DNA of 64,000 nucleotides from contig JBITNC010000002.1 in NCBI GenBank assembly GCA_050084985.1, forward strand, positions 16,182,001 through 16,246,000, read 5' to 3'. The translations under genes were made by a program, and so were the position numbers. The notes below the pieces were generated by a model, which saw nothing but the letters and a program-made list of their open reading frames with translations, did no database searches and was not told where the DNA came from. Source of the stretch: Nageia nagi (taxonomy: Eukaryota > Plantae > Pinophyta). Positions within the stretch are counted from its first letter, which is position 1. Every line of letters begins with the position of its first letter. This document shows, piece after piece, positions 24,274 to 39,162 of this stretch.

Positions 24274-24810
24274 CTTTGCAGATGCTTTCACATTACTTGA
24301 ACCTTTACTTGCAACTGTAGATGGGGTTTTTGGCTTGCTACGAAATAGAAGAGCCAAGTTCTTCACACTTGCAGATATTGCAATGGCACTAATAAGGCAA
24401 ACAGCAGGTGTTGCCACAAGGATCAAACGAACCATCACTCCAGCAAAATATAAACTAGTGAGACCATATAGAACAATAAAAATGGTGGCATCTGTTAATC
24501 GTCGGAAGCAAAAGTACAACCCTGCTGGAAAGAAAATTAACAATATGTGAAAGTCGAACATAAAAGATGACCAGGCTGTTGGTTGATGCTCTGAGACAGA
24601 TGCAATGATTGGGATATGGTCCTTTGCATATGTCGGATCAAGAAGAGAATAGAAACGACCAGTCCAGGGAGAAATGTAGCCGGATGCCATGCCCAGTCCA
24701 AGTGCTAGTGCACCTACACCCACTGCACTTGACACAGTTATACTAAGGAAAGTCTGAAATAACTTCGGGTCATCAAGCTGGTGTTTAACCCAATCTACAA
24801 AGTAAAATAC
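24274..24810 (-). CDS. STT3B: STT3B coding exon 2 (contains SVSEHQP)
   Basis: VFYFVDWVK...IIASVSEHQPTAW...; CAG/GT boundaries, phase 0. Confidence 0.95.
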
Positions 24811-26115
24811 CTGATATCAGAGAAAAGCTACATCAGTATTATATTGAGTATCTGCTTAGTCGCTGACAAAAGATAATGTAGAAAAGAACTCAACATTATC
24901 ACTCACATAATACTTCATATAAAGGCAGAAAGTACATAAAACCAGTGCTCCAAGAAAAGAAAATGTTAATGAAGGCATTACTGGTAGTCCTTAAAGGTCT
25001 AGGAGACCAGGAAAAAATAAAGTAGTTAGTGCATTAACTTTTCCATAGGAGCAAAGATGAAGATCAAGATTTGAGAAACAAAACATCAGTGAAAAAGAAT
25101 TTTACTAAGTATGGGACAATATAAAAATTTCCCTTCCACTCGAGACATGTTCTAAACACGTATAATTTGTATGTCAATATTAAATGCATGAGGTCATATG
25201 GGAACACGCTGGGACTGTACCATGTTTCTCCTTGCATAAATTAGACAAAACTACTGGCTAATACATGCAAATAAAATGTAAATGTTACCTTTCAAGAATA
25301 TAGATATATGTTGGATGGAAAACAAAAAGTGGTAAAGAATACGAACAGTACTCTAAATCATGTGTTGGAATCTAGGCATAGAGATTAATGATAAATTGTT
25401 GAATTTGCACTACGTAGTTTAGCTGTGGAATGCAAAATCAAATGATTGACATGTTGCTACAGGAGGTTCACCAAATCATTGTTGATAATTCAAGAAAACC
25501 GTGAAAATAATTGTAAAATCACCATTATCGCCTGAAAAGCCAGAGCATGTCATCTTGAAAGATTTCTTTTAAACTTCTAGGGAATTTTAAATAAGTCAGT
25601 TCACGTTATCTGTTACATAGGAGCTTGGCCTCCCATGGTTTGTATTAAGACTTAATTTGATGGACAGCATATAAAAGAATAACCCCAACCAGTTATTTTT
25701 AATAATCAGAAAACAGAATAGCTCAAGAGAGTCATCATTCCATATCATTTCAATACAGTTTCATACCACCCAGCAGGGTTCAATTCTAAGGCACATCTGC
25801 CTTGCCCCAAATGACATTTGAACAAAATGGACGACAACAGAAGCAGGATTCAGGTACTATAACATAGTACGAATCCCACAGACATGACATCTTCAAAAGA
25901 AAAGTTTTATTCTAGGTCAAAACTAATCAACACAACCAGAGATGCACAAGACTCCCTTGATGTACTACACTTTAGAGTGATTCGCTCAAAGTAGCATCAC
26001 AATTGATTTTATCCCTTTTACTGAGTTTTGGTTAATCATGCATCTACCTATCTAGAAATCCATTTGATGCAATGCAGTCCCACTTAAATGAATTAAAAAC
26101 AATTATTGAACTCAC

Positions 26116-27018
26116 TTGCAACAAAAAGAAGACCCCCATGGCAGCCATGTGCTCCCCTGACTGTACATGCTGAAAACCCACAAACCGGATCTGCATGGCC
26201 AGCAACATTCCCAAAATGTACATACAATTGTAGGCAATGTACAATCTCAGCGAATATCTTCCGGTCACAAGAAGCACCAACACATATATCGGGATCAAAT
26301 TGATAATAAAAATATACCCTCCCCAAGCAGAAACCATGTAGAAGTATCCAAAAGCAGAGGCCACAGACCAAGCCAAAGATCCAGTATTGACAGCCTTTAC
26401 AAACATGTAAAATGTCAAAAGCAGCGCAAAGATTGCCACTCCTTCGTTGTCATAAGATCCGGCAACTGATCGTGAAATATATCCCGGGCAAATGGCAATC
26501 AAGGCTGCTGCAACAAGTCCAGCACCAGAATCCCAGAGCTCCTTCCCAAAAAAGTAAGCAACAACCGTAGTATTTGAAGCGAAAAATGGCGCTGTCAACA
26601 CACAGACTTCCCTAATATGTACTGCAAAGCTGAAGAATCTGAGAATCCAATAAATCAGGGCTGCAGTTACCATAAGACCGGGGTAAAGAGTTCCTCCAAT
26701 GATTCTTCCCAAAGGATACCAACTTTCATAGTCAAACCAGTTCCAGAATTCATAAAACCCTTTTTCTGTTAAATAGAGGGTTGTTCTGTAATTGAAATAG
26801 GGATCAAATTCATGGATCATGCTTTCATAACGAAGAACACTGAAGAGTCTTGTAATAAATGCAAGCACGTAGATGAGACAAAGAACCCCCACACGCAATA
26901 GAAGCTCTTGCTGTTTAGTTTTTAGCCTTAAACTCTTCATGGAAAGCTGAAGGCTTTCCATTTTCAGGCTCAATGGCGCAATTATTGAATTCAACGTGTT
27001 TTCTCCTTTTCCCGTCAT
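26116..27018 (-). CDS. STT3B: STT3B coding exon 1; dolichyl-diphosphooligosaccharide-protein glycosyltransferase catalytic subunit (spliced CDS 2208 nt, 735 aa)
   Basis: IHEFDPYFN and AGSYDNEG motifs; donor CAA|GTGAGT. The six exons join in frame with no stops; the compact six-exon structure and length fit plant STT3B rather than STT3A. Confidence 0.95.
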
Positions 27019-27380
27019 TGGAAATCCTTAAATCAAATTGTTGCCACAGAAATGGATTGCTGCTCAGCGGATCTTGATCTTCTTCATATGCAACAATGTT
27101 GAAACCCTACGTGATCCGCAAATTTAGTTACAGATAATGAAATTGATGGGAGGGAAACGCGAATCGCCATTGAGGATAAAAGGTGTGAGAAAATCTACAG
27201 ATCTAAAGATTTATTTACCTGAAAATTGCAGCTTGGGCTTGGGTTGAAGCTTCGAACCCTCGTTAAACCCTGGCTCCTCGGAGTGCTGTGAGGTCGTCTA
27301 GATCCATTGTTTAACTCAGTTTAAGGTTAGAGACAAAAAGTTTATAATGGGAAATACACTGGACTAAATGTAGGGTTTGC
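27019..27380 (-). promoter_or_regulatory. STT3B 5' UTR/promoter with a probable 5'-UTR intron and telo-boxes
   Basis: Candidate donor CAG|GTAAAT at 27219/27218; telo-box AAACCCTA at 27102-09 (+) and 27371-78 (-). Confidence 0.45.
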
Positions 27381-27829
27381 ATCTATCGAGTCAAATGTTT
27401 ATTTAAATGTGTTTTATCCAAAAAGTGGATCCTCTGGACCTTAATGGATTAGTCATTTTCAGTTAAATTATGTAATAGATAAATTGATTTAGATATCTTA
27501 AATATATAGGTATTGATCTTGAAATATTCTTCCAAAAAATATAAATATATATTTTAAAATTGATATCTTTTGATATTTTTAGATATATATCAAAGATATA
27601 GAAATTAGTTATATAGTTTTGTATGTTATTTATTTTATTTTTTTGTGTTTAATCTAATATTATTTTTAAAATAAATTTTTAAAATTTAGTTGATATATAT
27701 TTATGTTATACATATGTGGGTTCTCTTCACCTCATTTATATATTGTTGTAGGATTGTTTTAGGCATAATCAATAAATGATAGAGAATTGAATAATTTAAT
27801 TAAATTGTAATTTAGAATTTTTATGAGAG

Positions 27830-28120
27830 ATTACCATTTGCAGGGTATCTTTTTAGGTTAAGCTGGAATGAGAGGGGCATCTATTCCATCAAATTCATTT
27901 GAGGTTCACACCTACTCTCATTTGCACTTAACATCAAACACGATTTACAATTATATCCACTTGTTAGAAGGAATGGGATTTGAACATGGATCCTTCACAT
28001 TTTAGTGGAGAGTTTTAGCTACCCAAATATGTATACTTGTTAGAGGGAATGGGATTTGAACATAGATTCCTCACATTTTAGTGGAGAGTTTTAGCAACCT
28101 TATACCCACCCACCCCTTTA
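27830..28120 (-). mobile_element. Probable tRNA-derived SINE with a duplicated head
   Basis: B-box GTTCAAATCC occurs twice on the minus strand within a ~76-bp tandem duplication (27959-28096), with an A-box-like GGTTGGTGGGTATAAGGTTG upstream and an A-rich end. Confidence 0.4.
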
Positions 28121-31100
28121 ACATGTTCACATAATTATAATTTAGATTTTGATATTATATTCTAATTATTTTAATTATTAGAAGATAAATATTTTAAAAT
28201 AAAAGTATTTGAAGTTCTTCAAAAGAGATGTGATGTTGATATAGATCAAATGATATATGATGTCTCAACAATATGTAGTAATTCCATTTTAATACATGAA
28301 TTCAGCACAAGCAATTATGGAAATGTAATGCAAGTGTAAAGAAGATGGTCTTTGATAAGTTATGATAAATAAATTAGTAGCTTAATAAATTAACTAATGA
28401 TGAGTGTGTTATAAACAATGATGATCATAGTAACCTATTGGTTGTTAAAAATAATTTATTGTATGATCATCATCATGTTTGTAGCAAGTGGATTGTGCTA
28501 TAATCCAATTATTTGCAAATGGCTATATGTTCTCCTTTTATATGAGATTAAATTAATGTCATTTGAACTTTTAGATTTTCTCCCATGTATGTGAGATATA
28601 TTAATTAACATAATAGATAATTTTTTATCTAAAAATTAACAAGTAATAAAACTTGACTAATCAATGAAATATACTATAATGATGATAAATAATCAATATT
28701 GATGCCAATGGGGTCCTCGTTGAAAAGTTAAAACACTTACATGATCATGTCTAAATCAAGGTTCAAACCTTGATGATGCCCAATGACAAAAATGTCAAAA
28801 TGAAATTAATCAATAGTAATGATAAATGTTAGATCAAATGATGATAATAATAATAAATAACCTTAATACCAAAGTGAAACTAATAGAAAGCAATGATAAA
28901 TGCTAGATCAAATCAATGGTCATAATGTCAAGGGTGGGTGACTTGCATACAATCCTTGGTAACCATACCAAAACAATGAATAACAAATAATAATGATAAA
29001 TGATATAATAGGGTGAGGCATAAAGTAGCAAAAGTGAGAATAGGCAAACAACTTAGTATTAAATAGAATTTCTCTAATTGGCACCTTACAAATTTAGTTA
29101 AAACTTATTATATAAGTTATAGAAATGCAATGATATTTGAAATAACACTAAGACAATTTGTAAGTGATGATATTTTACCTTCAAAAATTTGGATTTAAGT
29201 TCTCTTACTCAATATTTATTGTCGACTTAACTTACAAAATGGTAATCAAAAGGTTTATTTAAAGCTCTTTAAAAGAGGAAGCTTTATTTAAGTGGGTGAA
29301 ATCTCCTTATTAATAGTTAAATCCCAATAAGTAAAGAATAATTTCCAATGTCTTTAATGGGTGGATTTTGTCATGTGTTGTTAAATATTCAAAAAGAGTT
29401 GTAATTTTTTATGAATCATAAGATTATGTTATTCTTAAATCAAATGATTTTCAAATAAAATATTATATTTGTGTTAATATATTTTGGTTTATCTTAATAA
29501 GTGTCATTGACGATATTATTTTAAATAAAACAAATAATGGAACAATAAAATAGATTGATAATTGTATAAGAGAATGTGATACTCTTTTTGAATTTTAAAA
29601 TATTGGCAAACAAGGAACATGGTACATTTTATAGACTAAAAAGGAATGTGATAATATTTCCTAGGTTGACGAAGAACATGTCATTTTTTTGTAAATAATG
29701 CAAGAACTACAAGAACCTCCATTTAAACTCGTATAGTGACCTAATCCTATTTCTAATCATTTATTTTAAAATTAAATGAATAGCATGGTAATTGTTAATG
29801 GATGTGGTTATCCTCCCACCAAATTTGGTCATAAACGCTCAGGGTATATGGTTTAAATCCAATTCAATTATCCATCAAATCAACAAAAACTATATATGTT
29901 GGACGAATCAAGACCAAAATCAGCAAGATTCAAACACCCATTACCAATTTAAGCATTTTCCACCAATTTTCAACCCATTTTGTATGCAACCCAAAGAGCA
30001 TAAATGCCCAATGTTTATTGTTGACTTTGGAGGGTGGATAGCCTTTTGCATTGTTGATAAGGAATATCATACCTCAATCTAAATAATCATGTTAGAATAT
30101 GGTAAAAAAGTCAAAAGTGACTTTACATATAAGAAAAAAGATGGAAATAGCTACAATAATGATGTTATTTTTAGATCTCTAGATTATGCCCCTCTTGAAA
30201 TGTGGTATATGTGAGTGTTGACATATATCTTGAGAAGAAAATGAAAGAAATAAAAATATGACAAAGAGGAATACAAAGGTGTGAGGTACCCTTAAGGTAA
30301 GGAGAAAAAAGACTCATACTTTGTACAACCTCAAAATTATATATTTGATATTTTCAAAAATAAATATATATGCATAAGATTTTTAATTTATTTTAATAAT
30401 TTATTTTTAAAGTATTTTTTATGGTGTTTAGAGTAAATAATATGAAGAAAGGATATCATACATGGTATCAACAAAATTTAGCATAATAAACAAATGGAAA
30501 TTTGAGTAACATACTAATTTCCTAAATCCCAAAGATCCCTTGAAAATACTCAACTCCAACATAACATAAACACAAACTCAATGCAAGTAATCTCACAAAT
30601 TAACACAAGAGACACCAATGTAAAGTGGTTCCTCCTTCCTTGGGAGTACATCTCCTAATCTAAGATCTTAGTTGTTTAAAATGCACTCTCTCCTACAATT
30701 CAATTCCTACTTCTCATATCATCGAACTAAGAACATAACTTTGCTCAAAAACTTGTTGTTGAAACCATTAGGGAAGGCCCTCTATTTATAGGTAAAATCT
30801 CTTTGTTGGGTCACCCTATTATCCAGGTACACACCAAGACCAAATGGACATGCTTTATCTTTTATCCTTGTGAATAAGCATGACCTTACAAGTGGGTGGT
30901 GTGTGGGGGCAAGTCTCCTTAATTCTTTATTCACTTAAATATTTTTTAAATTAAAGTATTTAAGTGGATAATATTAAGGAGGTAATATTTCTTTTTGTAG
31001 ATACCTAACACAATATGCATTATACATTTTAACACTCCTCCTTAATGCAATTTTGGGGTAGAGCGAAGAACAAGAGAGGAAAGAGAGAGTTCTCCTACAT

Positions 31101-33532
31101 ACATACAACCGAAGATGAGAACATTTACATTTTGAGAAACAATAGAGATCTTAGATTGAGACTCACTACTTTTGACCAAATGGTTTACAATACTATCATT
31201 AATCATAATTGGTTTCACTATATATAGTCATTCAACAATACATTGACATGGTGAGTCTTCATGAGCTTGCCCACTTGAAGTAAGTAGCGTGCATTAAGAA
31301 GAAACATGCATGCTACAAGCAACTTATAAATAAGATCAATTAGATGCATCATATAAATATTCATATCAACATAAGATAAATGAATCAAATAATGTCATCC
31401 ATAAATTGATCAATGGTACATTATAAGTCATCACAAAGATGCCAAGCCCTACTCATAATCACCTATTGTATACAAATATGTGTTGATTATCATCACAAAA
31501 TAGAGCATAACAAAATGCGCATACGAGTTTCTCACACATGGATAATTGAACAATGCTAAAAGATACATAAGAGTTCCTCACATATGGATAAGTGAACAAT
31601 GTAACAAACAAAGATCTATCAAATGCACATACAAGTTCCTCCTACATGGGTAATTGAATAGTGCTAATGATGGTTAATCATATTCTCAAAATGTACTACA
31701 AGTTTCTTATGCAGAGCAAACTTACCACAAAGGTGTACAATAAAATCAACACTATACAACTATACAATCTTCCTAGGGATGAAGTTATCATCATATACAT
31801 GAATTCAATTCAACAAGAATTCAATCTTCACTCCCTTTGAGGATAACTTCACCAACCCAATAGATTACCTAAGGCTACTAAATTGAGCTTCAAGAAGGGG
31901 CTTAGTGAACAAATCAACGAAGTTTAGGATTGATGGATAATATTGTAGTCATAGGATACCATCCAGAACCTTCTTTATGATAAAATGGGCTTAGATTTAT
32001 ACGTGTTTTATTCTTTGATTTAATACAAGGTTCTTTGCTAAATCAATGGTCAATTGATTATTTGAAGAAATCTGATACGGATAAGCCTGCTCATACCTAA
32101 TTTCTTTTAGAAGATGCCTTAACCAAATGACTTTCTAGGTTGTAACTAACATGGCATAATATTATACCTCTATGGTGGAGAGAGCAATAGTAAGCTACTT
32201 CTTAAAAGCCCAAGAGATAGCACTTGAACCAATGCTAAACACATATGTAGAGGTTGATTTCTTATCATCTTCATCACCCCCATAATCAAAATTTGAGATA
32301 ACCCTAAGAGAACAAGCAAGGAAAACTTGGAATACTTGAGAGTAAGATATTTTATTCTCATAACATATATCAAGATTTTTTTAATAACATTAAGGTGCTC
32401 CACATATGATTTTTGCATAAATTGTACCAATAGATTTATTATAAAGGTAATATATGGCCTAAAGATAGTCAAATATAATAGATTGCTAATTAATTACCTA
32501 TAGGTCATAGCATCTACCAATTGAGATTTAGAGATAATAGACAAATTGATTCCAGAAGATACTAAGATCGTAGTAGGTTTGCACTCTTCCATTCCAAATT
32601 TTTACAAAATATCTGATATATACTTAGATTGATTAAGATAAGTATAATCTTTATATTGGTATACTTGCATTCCAAGGTAGTAGTGCAAGAGACCAAGATC
32701 AGTCATTTCAAAGGTTGCCTTAAGCTTGGATATGCACTATTAGATGATTATGATATTAGTTCTTGTGATTAGAAGATCATCCACATAAAGCATAATTAAT
32801 ACCACATCTTGTCCTTTATTAAGCACATAAAGATTTGTATCAAATAAGCATTTAGAGAATCTAATTTCTGTAAAGTATCCTGAAATCTTTTTGTACCAAG
32901 ATTTGCATGCTTACTTAAGTCCATAAAAGGACTTCTTTAGTTTACACACAAGTGACTCTTTTCTTTTCACAACAAACCCTTTTGGTTGATTCATGTAGAT
33001 TTCAATATCTAAGTCACCATTGAGAAAAGCACTCTTGACATTAAGTTGAAAACATTTCCATCCCTGAGCTACTATAAGAGAAAGGATTATCCTAACTATG
33101 GGCATCTTTGTCATAGGATCAAAGGTTCCTCATAATCAACTTCGTATTTCTAAGCAAAACCTTTGGCCACTAACCTTGCCTTGTACTTTGCAATCTTCCC
33201 AATTGAATTGTATTTATCCTTGTAAATCCATTGTTGCCAATCACATTTCATTCATTAGGATAGAGAACCAAATCCCAAGTTTCATTTTTCATAAGCACCT
33301 CATGCTCTCCTTTCATAGATTCCATCTAGCACTCATGTTTTGAAGCTTCTTTGAATGATGAGGGCTCATTATTGTTAACAATTTTTGCAAATAAGGATTT
33401 ATTTAAGGTCATACTTCTTATTATCATTTATGTTGGAAAATTTTGCTCCTAAGGTGACTTATCTACACTGATATCCAACCAGTTAGGTGCAACAGAAGAG
33501 TCATCATCATCGTTTAAGTCCTCATAAGAAGC

Positions 33533-33795
33533 TGTTAGAATTTGTAATGAAATATTGTGAATATCTAAACTCCTTGTAAATTCAATTAATCACTTAAGGG
33601 TATGTAGATACCTTAAGAGATTAATTGAATTCTTTAATATGTAAACTTTAACCTACCAACTAACCACTTGGTAAAGTCAAAGTCTACATATTAAAGAATT
33701 CAATTAATCTCTTAAGGTATCTACATACCCTTAAGTGATTAATTGAATTTACAAGGAGTTTAGATATTCACAATATTTCATTACAAATTCTAACA
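33533..33795. repeat. 263-bp palindrome (111-bp perfect arms) made of two head-to-head LTR 5' ends
   Basis: 33533-33643 is the exact reverse complement of 33685-33795; imperfect pairing continues to an ~8-nt loop. Confidence 0.95.
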
Positions 33796-34281
33796 CTTCC
33801 CCTTAATGCAATATTGGGATAGAGCATAGAAGAAAGAAGAGAGAGAGTAAGAGAGAGTTCTCCTCCATAGAGATACAAGTGGAGATGAGAATATTTACAT
33901 ATTTGAAAATCTTTTTGAGAACTAGTATGAGACTCACTACATTACCATTTGACAAAAAATGGTTTACAATACAATCATTAACCACAACTGGTTTCACTGT
34001 ACATAGTAGTCGATCAACTTTAAGCTGACATGTGAGTCTCCATGAGCTTGCTTTCACAAGGTGAGTAACCTGCATTTCTGAAGAAGATCCTGCATGCTAC
34101 AAGCAACTCATGAACAAAATCAGTTAGATGCATCATATATTCAAATAAGAGAATCAAATAATGCCATCTTATAAATAACTGATCAATGGTGCACTATAAG
34201 TCATCACGGAGATGCCAAGCCATCACTCATAGTCACCTATTGTATGTAGACATGTGTTGATTTTTAATAGAGCATAAAAAT

Positions 34282-34570
34282 TGTACAATGAGTTTCTCAC
34301 GCAGAGCAAACTCACCACGGAGGTATAGAATGTACAACAAGTTCCTCACGTAGAGTGAACTTACCACAGAGGTATATTAATTATATGCTCAAAATTTGTA
34401 CAAGTTTCTCATGCAGAGCAAACTTACCATGGAGGTATAAATGTACAACAAGTTTGTCACGCAGAGCAAACTTACCACTGAGATATAAAATAATCAACAC
34501 TCTATAACAACAATTGTACAACAAGTTTATCACGTAGAGCAAACTTACCACGGAGGTATAGAATGTACAA
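34282..34570. repeat. Tandem array (~5 units, TGTACAACAAGTTTCTCACGCAGAGCAAACTTACCACGGAGGTATA) in the 3' UTR of Copia B
   Basis: Units at about 34282, 34332, 34398, 34442 and 34516; related units in element A at 31520-31740. Confidence 0.85.
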
Positions 34571-34615
34571 TCAAACAGGCCTCTTAGAGGTGAAGTTGTC
34601 ATCACTAACAAAAGT

Positions 34616-37600
34616 TTAAACTTCACTCCCCCTTGAGGGCAACTTCACCAACCCGAGAGAATCCCTAAGCTTGCAGAACTGAGCTTCAGGAAGGGGCTTA
34701 GTGAATAAATCAGCGAAGTTTTCAGTAGATGGACAATACTGCAAGTGTATGATGTCATCTAGAACCTTCTCCCTGATAAAATGGGCTTGGATTTCCACAT
34801 GTTTGGTTCTCTGATGGAACACAGGATTCTTAGCCAAAGAGATAGCCGATTGATTGTCTAACGAAATAAGAGATGGGCCATTTTACTTATACCTAATTTT
34901 GTTCAAAAGATGCCTCAGCCAAATAGCATCATGGGTAGCAACAGACATGGCTCGATATTCAGCTTTGGTGGTAGAAAGAGTCACAGTAGGTTGCTTCTTG
35001 GAAGCCCAAGAGATAGCACCTGAACCAATGCTAAACACATATGTAGAGGTTGATTTTTTGTCATCTCTATCTCTCCCATAATCAGAATCTGAGAACCCTG
35101 AGAGAACAATCGAGGGCACTTTGGAATACTTAAAAGCAAGATCCTTTGTCCCTGTGACATACCTCAAGATTTGCTTAACAACATTGAGGTGTTCAACATA
35201 TGGTTTTTGCATGAATCGTGCCATTAGATTCACTGCAAAGGTAATATCAAGACGAGAGATAGTCATATACAGAAGACTACCAATCAATTGCCTATAAGCT
35301 GTAGCATCAACCAACTGAGAATCTGAGCTAAGTGATACAATGATTCCAGGAGAAATAGGTATTGCAGTATATTTACACTCCTCCATTCCAAACTTTTGCA
35401 AGATGTCTGATATATACTTAGATTGACTAAGATAAGTACAATCTTTGTGTTGGTATACTTGCATCCCAAGATAGTAATGCAATAGACCTAGATCAGTCAT
35501 TTCAAATGTTTCCTTCAGTTTGGATATGCACTCTTGGATGATTTCAATATTATTGTTAGTTATGAGAAGATCATCCACATAAAGGAGAATTAAGACCACG
35601 TCTTTTCCTTGATTGAGTACATAGAGATCTGAATCTGAGAAGCACTTGGAAAAACCAATATCTACAAAGAATCCTAAAATTTTCTTGTACCATGCTCTAG
35701 GTGCTTGCTTAATTCCATACAAAGACTTCTTTAGCTTACACACAAGAGACTCTTTTCCTTCTGGAATAAATCCTTCTGGTTGATTCATGTAGATTTCAAC
35801 ATCCAAGTCACCATTGAGAAATGCACTCTTGACATCAAGTTGAAAAGCTTTCCATCCTTGAGCTACAGAAAGAGCAAGGATTATTCTGACAGTAGGCATC
35901 TTGGCCACAGGAGCAAAGGTTTCCTCATAATCAATACCATATTTTTGAGCGAATCCTTTGGCCACTAGCCTTACTTTGTACTTTTCAATTTTTCCATCAG
36001 AATTATACTTGACCTTGTATATCCATTTATTGCTAATCACTTTTTTCTCATTGAGATAAGGAACCAAATCCCAAGTTTCATTTTTCATGAGTGCCTCATA
36101 CTCAACTTTCATAGCTTCCATCCAACACTCTTGCTTGGAAGCTTCTTTGAAGGTTGATGGCTCATGCGTATTATCAATTTTGGCAAATAGAGTTATTCAA
36201 GGTCATACTCCTTGTAATTCTCTATGCTGGAGAATTTTGCTCTTGTGGTGACTTCTCTACATGATCATCCAACCAGTTAGGTGCAGGCGAAGAATCATCT
36301 GAATTAGACACCTCAGCATGAGAGGTCATATCCTCAGATAGTTCATTGAACTTGACATCCCTAGAAATAAAGACTATTTTATGGGATGAGGAGTAGAGCC
36401 TGTAACCTCTATGCTGATTATCATACCCCATAAAGATACATTTTTCTGATCATTTGTCCAACTTCTTTCTTTTCTCTAAGGTAATGAAGGTAAATGCATC
36501 ACAACCGAAGACCCTGAAGTGTGAGAGGTTAGGTTTCTTTCCTATCCATGCTTCATACGGAGTTTTACCTTCAACTGCTTTAGTAGGACACATATTTAGA
36601 GTGTGAATAGCAGTGTGAACAACTTCTCCCCATAAGAAACTAGGAAGGTTACCCAACATGCATCTTGCCATTTCCATAATGGTTCAATTCTTCCTTTCAG
36701 CAACTCCATTTTGCTGAGGGGTGTAAGGGATTGTGAATTACCGCTTGATCCCATGTTTAACACAATAGTCATTAAACTCATTGCTATTATACTCACCCCC
36801 ATTATCAGATCTTAGCATCTTGATCTTAAAATCAATTTGATTTTCAATAAGTGCTTTGAAGTCTTTAAACCTGTCAAAAGTTTGATCCTTGTGCTCAAGT
36901 AGATAACCAAATGTCATCCTACTGAAGTCATCAAAGAAGGTCAGAACATAAGAAGCTCCCCCTAGAGACTTAGTCTAAAATGGACCCATCAAATCTGAAT
37001 GCACAAGCTGAAGAGGACAAGTAGCCCGAGTTGCCTTATCTTTTTCAAACTTTTGCCTATTCATCTTTCCTATAATGCATCTTTCACAGAGACCAATTGT
37101 GGGTGAAATATTAGGTAAACCTTCCATAAGTTCTTGAGTTTTCATATCTTGAATACTCTTGTGGTTAAGGTGCCCTAATCATTGATGCCAAAGATTACCC
37201 TTTGAACAAACATTTGTAGCAAGACAAATCTTTGAAGGTACTTGATCCACAATATAAAGGTCATCCTTTACTGATCCTTTCATCAAGGTGGCAAGTCCTT
37301 TCTTAACACACCAGGATTATGAGGTAAACTCAAATGAGCATCCTTTCCTTGTAATATGAATTACGGAGATGAGATTCATCCTTAGTTTAGGCACATAAAA
37401 GACATTATCAAGAGTCTTTCCATGAATCTTCACACTCCCTATTCCTTGAACATCAAGGACTGTATTATCACCTATCACAACTGCATCATTTTTGTACTTA
37501 TGAAAGTTTTCAAACTTATCCTTTTCATAACACATGTGATTAGTGCATCTTGAATCAACAATCCAATCATTTGAAATAGTTTGAGTCATTGAGTAGTAGG

Positions 37601-38531
37601 CAACAGTAGCAGTATGCTTATTCTTCTTTCTATTATTGAAATTTCTCACATTTGCATTTCCTTTGCCTTTTTGAGCAAATTTCTTTTTGCAACAATCATA
37701 CTCTTTGTGCCCAAAGATGCCACAAAAGTTACAATTTCCATCAAACTTTTCCTGAGGTGTTGGATTGCTTGATCCAACTTTGTCATTATTTTGCCTGTAG
37801 TTGCCATGATTGTTGCCCTTTTTCTCATACTTCCTGAAGGTAGATGAGGACTTGTTATCTTTGAATTTATAATATATGAACTTTTTCTTGAAAGGAGTTT
37901 TGGTTGCTCCTAGAGCAATGCTATTGTCCTTTGGAGAAAGGTTCAACATTTTCTTGTTCAAAGTTTTCTCATGCTTCAGAAGGAGTCTAGAAAGGTTATC
38001 AAGTGAGATGACATCTTCTTCATCATCGAGCCTTGTTTCCATAACCGTGACAAAGTTACTGAACTTTGTAGTAAGGCTTTGAAGAATGATGAAGACCATG
38101 AACTCATCATTGATCCAGTTGCACCCACAACCAACCAGTTGTGTCCTGAGGTCAATGATTTTGTTCAAGTAGATAGAGGCACTTTCATCTTCACTTTGTC
38201 GATATTGCAATAACTTTTGTAGAATGGTGAACCTCCTTGAAAACTTGGACCCAAGGTAAATTTTCTTTAGCCTATCCCAAGCTTCCTTTGCTGATGTTGA
38301 TGAAGAAATCATGAGAAGGATGTCATCTGAAACTGCAAGATAAATCATTGAAGTTGCTAACTCATTCTTTGAGTTGTATACTTCAAGAGCCTTCTTATCG
38401 GTAGGAGCAACCAAGTCTTCAGTAACTGTCTACCATAGCTTCCTTACTTGTAACTCAGCTTTCATATGAGGTTCCCATATTCCAAAGTTGGAACCGTCGA
38501 GTATATGCTTGGGAACGAAGGTTTCAACCAT
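34616..38531 (-). pseudogene. Copia gag-pol of element B (a few stops and frameshifts)
   Basis: ATG at 38531; zinc knuckle CNFCGIFGHKEYDC, protease WIVDS, integrase LVHSDLMGP/LRSDNGG, RT FQLDVKSAFLNG/LYVDD, RNaseH RTKHVEI; INT-before-RT order identifies Copia. Confidence 0.93.
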
Positions 38532-39162
38532 TGCTACAAAAAAGAGTAAATATGCAATAAGAATGCAAACTTTTACAATTTTCCATCTATACATATAAAA
38601 CATCTAATAAGTAAACATGTCCCACATGTGCAAACTTATTAACCACGATCCATAGAAGGATAAAGTTGGGGTTGTTTTCTTGAATAGAATTAGGCCTTTA
38701 CCTGGATGCCCGCAAGGTGGAGCCCAAGTACTACCAATCCTCAACCAGTTCACCTTGGTCAGTAATATACTCTCACTAGGAGAAGTACTAACTATTTTTC
38801 AAGGATCCGATGTATCTTGGACCGGCCATTTTAATTATCTTGATTAAGGTTTTCAGTTTTCCTCCTAGGTTATCAGGATAATCCTTGAATGGATGTGCGG
38901 ACATGTGGTATCACTACACACATGCCTATCCACCTAATAGAGTTATGTCCAATCCAACAGAGGTCTTAGGGGCAATTAAGATGAACTTACCACCACTTGG
39001 GTCTTCGGACTAAAAAGGCTCCAGTCTGCCCTGTCCTCACCTCGTGGCTCCCCAAATAAGTCATGTTGTGGAAAAATACATGCGGATGTATTCATTTTAG
39101 GGGTTACTTTCGATATTTTGTGTATTTGCAAGTATAAAGAAAATGTGCAAAAAATATAAAGT

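Noticed and set aside
28708-28782. tRNA-like sequence with GGTTCAAACC
   Set aside because: No cloverleaf can be folded; at most a decayed SINE head
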